Below are positions 58,004-64,000 of a DNA stretch of 64,000 nucleotides, one piece after another (within the stretch, counting starts at the first letter, position 1; each line of letters begins with the position of its first letter). Source of the stretch: a bacterium. GTDB lineage: Bacteria; Patescibacteriota; Minisyncoccia; UBA6257; JAGOQP01. Made by a program: the position numbers and the translations under genes. The stretch lies in assembly GCA_021814695.1 (NCBI GenBank), contig JAKAHY010000006.1, positions 49-64,048 of the forward strand. The letters run 5' to 3'. The notes beneath the pieces are model-generated. The model was given only the letters and a program-made list of their open reading frames with translations, did no database searches and was not told where the DNA came from.

Positions 58004-59166
58004 CAAACTCTTTCACTCTCGTGGAGCTTTTGGTAGTGGTTGGAATTATAGCGATATTATCGGCAGCGGTAATTGTGCTTCTTAATCCCACCGAATTACT
58101 AAAACGAGGAAGGGACTCTCAAAGAATTTCGGATTTAAAAAGCATCCAGACCGTAATTGAGCGCTATCAATACAGCGGAAACCGCATCGGATCGATGGGA
58201 TTGGCCAATACCATGTACGTTTCGCTAGTAGATGTGGGATCGTCATCCTGTGCCGATTTAGGACTTCCTAAGCTTTCGAATGGGTGGTCATATAGCTGTG
58301 TTACATCGACAAGTACTCTGCAGGATGTGGACGGAACCGGCTGGGTCCCGGTAAATATCTCTAGTACAGGACTGCTTTCTGATCTTCCTATAGATCCAGT
58401 TAATAGCACTTCAACTTCAAATTATTATTTTTATGCCTACAATCCTTCCGGTGGTTTCGTGCTGGGCGCTGCTAGTTTTGAAAGCAGTAAGTACGGCATT
58501 GCGGGTAGCAATGACGCTGTCTCTACCGACGGGGGGGCTAGCGATTATGCATACGAAGTCGGAACGAATACTACGTTTTATCAGACGCCCAATATTGCCG
58601 TAAACGGAAATTTCAATTCCTTAACTTCTCCCTATACGCCCGGATGGGATACGTCGCTGAACGGAACATACAGGCCGACAACAGGATTCAGTTCCGGTTA
58701 CAATGCCGGTGTTACCGCGCCGACTGTAGGATACCATGCCCATGCAACTCCGTCGTGCGGATTGAATAATTCCGGGTGTATGGAATACATCGACCAGAAT
58801 TGCCAGTTCGGATATTGCCACCGGTGGCTGGGAGATTCCCAAAGTTGGAGCAACCCCGCATCACTTTTTGGCTGGGGTCCCGGAACGGTAATCACCGTCA
58901 AAATGATGATCAAAGTGGATAACACAGGAAAGATTCCTCAGTTTGGAATCTATCATTATTCGGTCAGCGGGGGGGCGTACGCTTTTGGGACTGCTATTAC
59001 TCTTGTTACTTTATCCGCGGCAAATAAATGGCAGCTGATTACGCAACAATATACAATTGACAGTGATTGGGAGCTTAGTTCTCATACGGCATCTCTTTAT
59101 ATTTACGGGCACAATGGTACCGAAAACAAAATGTGGATAGATAGTGTTGAGGTCACTTATAAATAA
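57904..59166 (+). CDS. Type IV prepilin-like protein with C-terminal carbohydrate-binding-like domain
   Basis: S|FTLVELLVVVGIIAIL...RDSQRISD; NGNF...IDSVEV beta-sandwich-like tail. Confidence 0.85.
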   Translation: MTIDILTKIKYGLRRTVYSIRRAVYGIRYTVYESNSFTLVELLVVVGIIAILSAAVIVLLNPTELLKRGRDSQRISDLKSIQTVIERYQYSGNRIGSMGLANTMYVSLVDVGSSSCADLGLPKLSNGWSYSCVTSTSTLQDVDGTGWVPVNISSTGLLSDLPIDPVNSTSTSNYYFYAYNPSGGFVLGAASFESSKYGIAGSNDAVSTDGGASDYAYEVGTNTTFYQTPNIAVNGNFNSLTSPYTPGWDTSLNGTYRPTTGFSSGYNAGVTAPTVGYHAHATPSCGLNNSGCMEYIDQNCQFGYCHRWLGDSQSWSNPASLFGWGPGTVITVKMMIKVDNTGKIPQFGIYHYSVSGGAYAFGTAITLVTLSAANKWQLITQQYTIDSDWELSSHTASLYIYGHNGTENKMWIDSVEVTYK

Positions 59167-59222
59167 TTCCAGAATACTTGATTTAAACCACTTTTTGGTA
59201 TATCTTATACACACTATAAATT

Positions 59223-59873
59223 ATGCTTAAACTTGAAGTTAAAAAACGCGAAACTTTCGGAAAAAAGGTGAGGGCTCTGTTCGGACAGGGTTATATTCCG
59301 GCTGAAATCTACGGCCACGGATTTGAAAATATCCATGTCAGTTTGCCGGTAAAGGAGTTTGGTAAGGTGTTTAAAGAAGCGGGCGAAAGCTCTCTTATTA
59401 CCATAACCATAGACGGGAAAATGTTTCCGGTCCTTGTCCACGAAGTGAAGAAGGATGTTCTTGGAGACAAAATAATCCACGTTGATTTGTATCGGGTAAG
59501 GATGGACGAGAAAATAAAAACTCAGGTGCCTTTGCATTTTGTCGGCGAGTCGCAGGCGGTTAAAGAGAAAGGCGGAGTGCTTGTTAAATCGGTTGAAGAG
59601 GTGGAGGTTGAAGCTCTCCCAGCGGATCTTCCGCACGAACTTGAAGTGGACCTTTCCAAAATCGTCGAACTTCATCAGAGCTTACACGGAAGCGACATTG
59701 TTGTTCCCAAGGGAGTCAAAATATTTATCGAGCCCGAGATGGGAATTGCTACCGTTATTGAACCGCAGAAAGAAGAGGTGGTTGAAGCGCCTGTAGCTGA
59801 GGTTCCTGCCGAAGGAGCCGAAGGCGCAGCAGCTGCAACTTCTGCCGAGGAAGGGGAGGCGAAAAAAGAATAA
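59223..59873 (+). CDS. rplY: 50S ribosomal protein L25/Ctc
   Basis: IPAEIYGHG, HVDLY, VPLHFVGES.AVK..GG. Confidence 0.95.
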   Translation: MLKLEVKKRETFGKKVRALFGQGYIPAEIYGHGFENIHVSLPVKEFGKVFKEAGESSLITITIDGKMFPVLVHEVKKDVLGDKIIHVDLYRVRMDEKIKTQVPLHFVGESQAVKEKGGVLVKSVEEVEVEALPADLPHELEVDLSKIVELHQSLHGSDIVVPKGVKIFIEPEMGIATVIEPQKEEVVEAPVAEVPAEGAEGAAAATSAEEGEAKKE

Positions 59874-59991
59874 CAGTCGGAAAAAAACAACCATTATAGT
59901 CCCTCTGCTCTTTATCGGGCGGGGGGATTTTTGCTATAATATAATCACATATAGACCATGTATTCGGTGCGGTTTTCCGTACGATTTTTTC

Positions 59992-61446
59992 ATGAAAAGG
60001 ACTTTAGTATCGGACATAACTCAAAAAACCCTTTTAAGACGCTCTGGCAAAAGTGACCAGAGGGTCAATTTGCACAACCAAAAAGTAATAACCGTCCCCG
60101 TCAAAAAGGTTCTGGTTTCGTTGATATTGTCGTTGGCTATCTTTTCTTTCCTTCTTGGCGCAGCCAATGCCCCAATAAGTACCGGTTATCTTTTGGCGGC
60201 TTCGAATGTCGATACTCAAAGAGCGGCTTATGAGGCGCAATTGCAGGATTTGGAAAATCAGATTGCTCAGGATGAGCAGACAATTGCCCAATACAGTAAA
60301 CAAGGCAAGTCGCTTCAGTCGGAAATAAATAAGCTGAATGCCAAAATTGTCCAACTTAATCTTCAGATTAAAGCTATTACCTTGACCCTTAACAGTTTAA
60401 GCCAGGAGATTGATGATACCAAAACAAAAATCTCTCAGACAGAAGGCGATATTACCAAACAAAAGGATTATCTTTCCGCTACTCTTCAGAGCGTTTATGC
60501 CAGCGATAACACAAGTCCGATGGAAATGATGCTGGCCAACCCCAAACTTTCGGATTTTTTTCTTGATGTAAATAACCTGTTGGCCCTGCAAGATGAAGTT
60601 AGAACTACTCTGGAAAACATAGTCCAATTGAAAAGCCAGTTGATTGACCAGAAAGAAACTCTGGCCTCACAGTACGGCGATGCCCAGCAGTTGAAAGCGT
60701 ATCAATTAGCCCAGCAGCAGTCCGCAAAACAAACAGAGACCGATAAAAAAAGCCTGCTTCAGGTTACCAAGGGGCAGCAGTCAAAGTATGAACAATTGGT
60801 TGCCAGCAAACAAAAAACTGCAGCTCAAATCAGAAGCCAATTATTTGAACTTCTGGGTGGAGGAGAGCTTCAATTTGGTGAGGCCTATCGTTTGGCAAAA
60901 ATCGCCCAAGATGCAACGGGAGTTAGAGCTGCTTTAATTCTTGCTGTACTGGATAGGGAGTCGGCTCTCGGGAGAAACGTCGGTAAATGTAAATATAACA
61001 TCAACCCTTACTATCCGACAAAAGCCAGCAATCCGACCACGATGAATCCTAAGCGTGACATTCCTGTTTTTCTCCAGATTGTCCAGTCGCTGAATATCAA
61101 TCCCGACACGGTTACTGTCTCCTGCCCTATTCCACAGGACGGAGCTTACGGCGGAGGCATGGGCCCGGCGCAATTCATTCCTTCGACGTGGAATCTATAT
61201 GCCGATAAAATCGCTTCTTTGAGCGGACACAATCCGCCATCGCCCTGGAATAATCTGGATGCGTTTGTAGCAACCGCTCTTTATCTGAAAGATGCGGGCG
61301 CGACCGGTTCTCTTTACAATGAAAAAGTTGCGGCCGCCAAATACTATGCCGGAGGAAACTGGAAATATTATATAAATACTTACGGAGCGGCGGTTATCGC
61401 CAAAGCCAGCGATTTTCAGGATGATATAAATGTGCTAATCGGGTAA
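59992..61446 (+). CDS. Coiled-coil (PcsB-like) lytic transglycosylase
   Basis: TM segment, long coil, RESALG, GGMGPAQFIPSTW. Confidence 0.85.
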   Translation: MKRTLVSDITQKTLLRRSGKSDQRVNLHNQKVITVPVKKVLVSLILSLAIFSFLLGAANAPISTGYLLAASNVDTQRAAYEAQLQDLENQIAQDEQTIAQYSKQGKSLQSEINKLNAKIVQLNLQIKAITLTLNSLSQEIDDTKTKISQTEGDITKQKDYLSATLQSVYASDNTSPMEMMLANPKLSDFFLDVNNLLALQDEVRTTLENIVQLKSQLIDQKETLASQYGDAQQLKAYQLAQQQSAKQTETDKKSLLQVTKGQQSKYEQLVASKQKTAAQIRSQLFELLGGGELQFGEAYRLAKIAQDATGVRAALILAVLDRESALGRNVGKCKYNINPYYPTKASNPTTMNPKRDIPVFLQIVQSLNINPDTVTVSCPIPQDGAYGGGMGPAQFIPSTWNLYADKIASLSGHNPPSPWNNLDAFVATALYLKDAGATGSLYNEKVAAAKYYAGGNWKYYINTYGAAVIAKASDFQDDINVLIG

Positions 61447-61455
61447 AATAAAAAT

Positions 61456-62979
61456 ATGTTTGCTGGAAATAATCCGTTTACTCTCATAAAATTATTAGTT
61501 GCCACACCAATCGGAAAGATGCGGCGCATCTTCAAATGGGGCAAGTCGGCATCTTCCTTTACTCTCGTCGAACTCTTAGTTGTAATCGGTATCCTGGCCA
61601 TCCTTACCGCCGCAGTAGTAGTCGTTCTCAATCCCGCCCAGCTTATCGCCCAATCCCGTGATACCACCAGGTTTTCTGACATAGAAACTCTCAACAAAGC
61701 CCTCTCTTTATATCAAACCGATGGAGGCTCTTCTTTTGGCACATCCACTACCGTCTATGTCTCTATTCCCGACACTTCTACCTCCTGTGCCAACTTAGGT
61801 CTAGCTACTCTTCCTTCCGGATGGACTTATGCCTGTGTCACATCTGCCAATCTTCAAAAAACAGACGGTACCGGTTGGATTCCGGTCAATTTCAGTTCCG
61901 TTTCCACCGGCTCTCCCTTGAGTTCTTTACCCACCGATCCCATCAATGCCACCTCCACCAACAATTTCTATACCTACATTACTTCCGGTTCCAACTGGAC
62001 TGTTTCAGCTCAAACCCTTGAATCCACCAAATATGCTTATCGTGCCCAAACCGATGGAGGCACTTCTGCCACCGCTTATGAAGTCGGAAGCAGCTTAACC
62101 CTCTCTCCTTACATCTATCCTTCCAACTGGGTCAAGGTTCCCGGTAACTCTACCTTTGGCACCTCTGACTTCTGGGTTATGAAATATGATGCCAAATGTA
62201 TCCAGGCCTCAAACAGCACTCCTCTGACTGCTCCAGATACCGGATACCATACTTATTCCAATTCTTCTCAACCCTGTGTCGGACCCAATTACTACATCGC
62301 TTCTGCTCCAGGAGGATATCCGATAGCTAATATCTCTCATACCGATGCTCTGACTTATTGTGCTTCCATCGGAGCTCATCTTTTGACCAATGATGAATAT
62401 ATGACTATCGCCACCAACGCCATAAATCAAAACTCCAACTGGTCATCTGGAACTGTTGGAACCGGATATATCTATTCGGGGCATAACGACAATACTCCAC
62501 CCAATGCTCTAACTGCCGACTCCAACGATTCCAACGGTTATTCAGGAGAGACCAATACCGGAGGCAACCAAAGAAGAACTCTTACTCTCTCCAACGGCTC
62601 TGTTGTCTGGGATATGGCTGGAAATGTCTGGGAGCATGTTCAGCGAAGCGTAAATAACATTGGTGATCTTTCCACTACAATGACCGTTCCCGCCTGTACC
62701 GGAGGGACGGCAACCTGGCAATGGTGCGAGTTTCCCAATGTCTCCGCCTGGACATCCGATGTTGTTCAATCCAAAGTCGCCCCTCCTAATTCTTCCTGGA
62801 ACTCATCTCAAGGAGTTGGACAAGTGTTGACTTATGGTACCGGAGGAAATCAAGGGACAACCGCTTTCATTCGCGGCGCGGGTTGGGGCAACGGCTCTAG
62901 TGCCGGGGCGTTCGCGCTCCACTTGAGGTGGGTCACGGGCAGCGCAGACTCCTCTGTCGGGTTTCGTTGCTCTCGGTAG
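61456..62979 (+). CDS. DGR target: prepilin fused to FGE-type C-type lectin domain
   Basis: S|FTLVELLVV N-terminus; HLLTNDEY, WDMAGNVWEHV, RG.GW...VGFRC C-terminus; adjacent avd and RT. Confidence 0.9.
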   Translation: MFAGNNPFTLIKLLVATPIGKMRRIFKWGKSASSFTLVELLVVIGILAILTAAVVVVLNPAQLIAQSRDTTRFSDIETLNKALSLYQTDGGSSFGTSTTVYVSIPDTSTSCANLGLATLPSGWTYACVTSANLQKTDGTGWIPVNFSSVSTGSPLSSLPTDPINATSTNNFYTYITSGSNWTVSAQTLESTKYAYRAQTDGGTSATAYEVGSSLTLSPYIYPSNWVKVPGNSTFGTSDFWVMKYDAKCIQASNSTPLTAPDTGYHTYSNSSQPCVGPNYYIASAPGGYPIANISHTDALTYCASIGAHLLTNDEYMTIATNAINQNSNWSSGTVGTGYIYSGHNDNTPPNALTADSNDSNGYSGETNTGGNQRRTLTLSNGSVVWDMAGNVWEHVQRSVNNIGDLSTTMTVPACTGGTATWQWCEFPNVSAWTSDVVQSKVAPPNSSWNSSQGVGQVLTYGTGGNQGTTAFIRGAGWGNGSSAGAFALHLRWVTGSADSSVGFRCSR

Positions 62980-62987
62980 TATTACCG
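62866..62987 (+). other. DGR variable region with downstream hairpin
   Basis: Last about 37 codons switch to G-rich composition; CGGTA-GTAT-TACCG hairpin at 62974-62987. Confidence 0.7.
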
Positions 62988-63042
62988 TAGTTCACTGACC
63001 CACTAAAACCACAACATAGAACGGGCATAATTTAATATAACT

Positions 63043-63387
63043 ATGGACTATCAAAAACTTGTCACTTTCCAAAAATCATACGATTTTACAATCTGGCTGG
63101 TCCCGCTTCTTAACAAATTTCCCAAAAACCAGAGATTTACTCTTGCCCAGCAGATTGAAAACGCTTTAATAAATCTTCTTAAATTTCTGCAAAACGGGGT
63201 TTTATTGCAAGGACAAAAAAGATTAACCAACTGGCAGGAGGCCAGTCGTGAACTTGATGAAATTAGGTTACTTGTGAGAATTGCCAAGGATTTGCGTTTA
63301 TTGAGCATCAAGCAATATGGTCTGTGCGCCGAAAAAATAAATGAAATAGGCAAATATCTAAACGGTCTTGTAAAAAGCGCGTCATAA
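63043..63387 (+). CDS. avd: DGR accessory variability determinant (four-helix bundle)
   Basis: QKSYDF..W......FPKNQRFTLAQQI...LVRIAKDL..LS.KQY......NEIGK.L.G. Confidence 0.9.
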   Translation: MDYQKLVTFQKSYDFTIWLVPLLNKFPKNQRFTLAQQIENALINLLKFLQNGVLLQGQKRLTNWQEASRELDEIRLLVRIAKDLRLLSIKQYGLCAEKINEIGKYLNGLVKSAS

Positions 63388-64000
63388 AAAATTTGTTTTA
63401 TTTGGGCGTTTTAGCAACAGCGAGTTTAGTTTTTGATTGAGCCGAAATGAATCGGCATGTTTGGCATAGCCATGCCAGGCGGAGGAATATGGAGTGGAGG
63501 CGGTTAATTTCATCCGCCGGAATGCTCGGGAAACGGTGCTTTTGCGCAGGCGAGTGTGGTGTCTAAAAAGAGTCAGGCCGAGAAAATCAATCCTGTCTAT
63601 CGGCTGGACCCCGCTTCTTTTTTGATGAAGAGTAAGCTTTAGTTCTTGCTCTAAAAATATTTTTATATCCGATTGCCACGCGAGCAATGTCTTGGGTTTT
63701 GCATGAAATAAAATAAAATCGTCCATATATCGGATATAATATTTAGCGCGCAGTTTTTCCTTGATAAAATGGTCCAGTTTATTGAGATAGATATTGGCAA
63801 AAAGTTGGCTGGTCAGATTACCTATTGGCAGACCTTTTTCCCCGCGCTTGCTTTCTATAATTTTTTTGATGACAGCCAATAACAGTTCGTCTTTTATCTT
63901 ATCTTGAATCAAACTTATTAAAATTTTGTGATCAACGGAGTCAAAATATTTTTTGATATCAAATTGCAGAAAATACGCCCGACTTTTGAAATTAAGAGAA
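63382..64000 (-). CDS. DGR reverse transcriptase (5' part outside the window)
   Basis: Frame open to the window edge (FLQFDIKKYFDSVDH); GLPIGNLTSQLFANIYL, YIRYMDDF, IDFLG. Confidence 0.93.
   Translation of the reverse strand, partial: SLNFKSRAYFLQFDIKKYFDSVDHKILISLIQDKIKDELLLAVIKKIIESKRGEKGLPIGNLTSQLFANIYLNKLDHFIKEKLRAKYYIRYMDDFILFHAKPKTLLAWQSDIKIFLEQELKLTLHQKRSGVQPIDRIDFLGLTLFRHHTRLRKSTVSRAFRRMKLTASTPYSSAWHGYAKHADSFRLNQKLNSLLLKRPNKTNFL

Noticed and set aside
62980-63042. DGR template repeat between the target and avd
   Set aside because: Only about 60 bp with no similarity to the VR.

Overview
This looks like a chromosomal segment of a reduced-genome bacterium, most likely Patescibacteria/CPR (Parcubacteria-like). 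That assignment is inferred from compact housekeeping genes mostly lacking SD motifs, split transketolase, S|FTLVE prepilins and CPR-style intergenic repeats. The core carries infB-rbfA, thyX, tsaD-rodA-mltG, rpoBC, rpsF-ssb-rpsR, murD, parAB, rel, topA-dprA, rplS, a fused PheRS, gap/pentose-phosphate genes, rplY and seven tRNAs. The left end (1-7.9 kb) is a defence/accessory island. Its best candidate for an undescribed system is a ~500-nt structured RNA, then an unannotated 21-aa amphipathic peptide ORF (1819-1884) whose ribosome-binding site lies in a hairpin, then an XRE-HTH gene, then an atypical retron-like reverse transcriptase, flanked by two nuclease genes. The right end carries a diversity-generating retroelement (pilin-CLec target, avd, convergent RT running off the window; no TR seen). 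At 42.7-47.5 kb, small GIY-YIG genes are bounded by AAAGGTGCGGGAT inverted repeats, with gene-less derivatives nearby. All calls were made by eye from the sequence and ORF track; no searches or folding programs were run.
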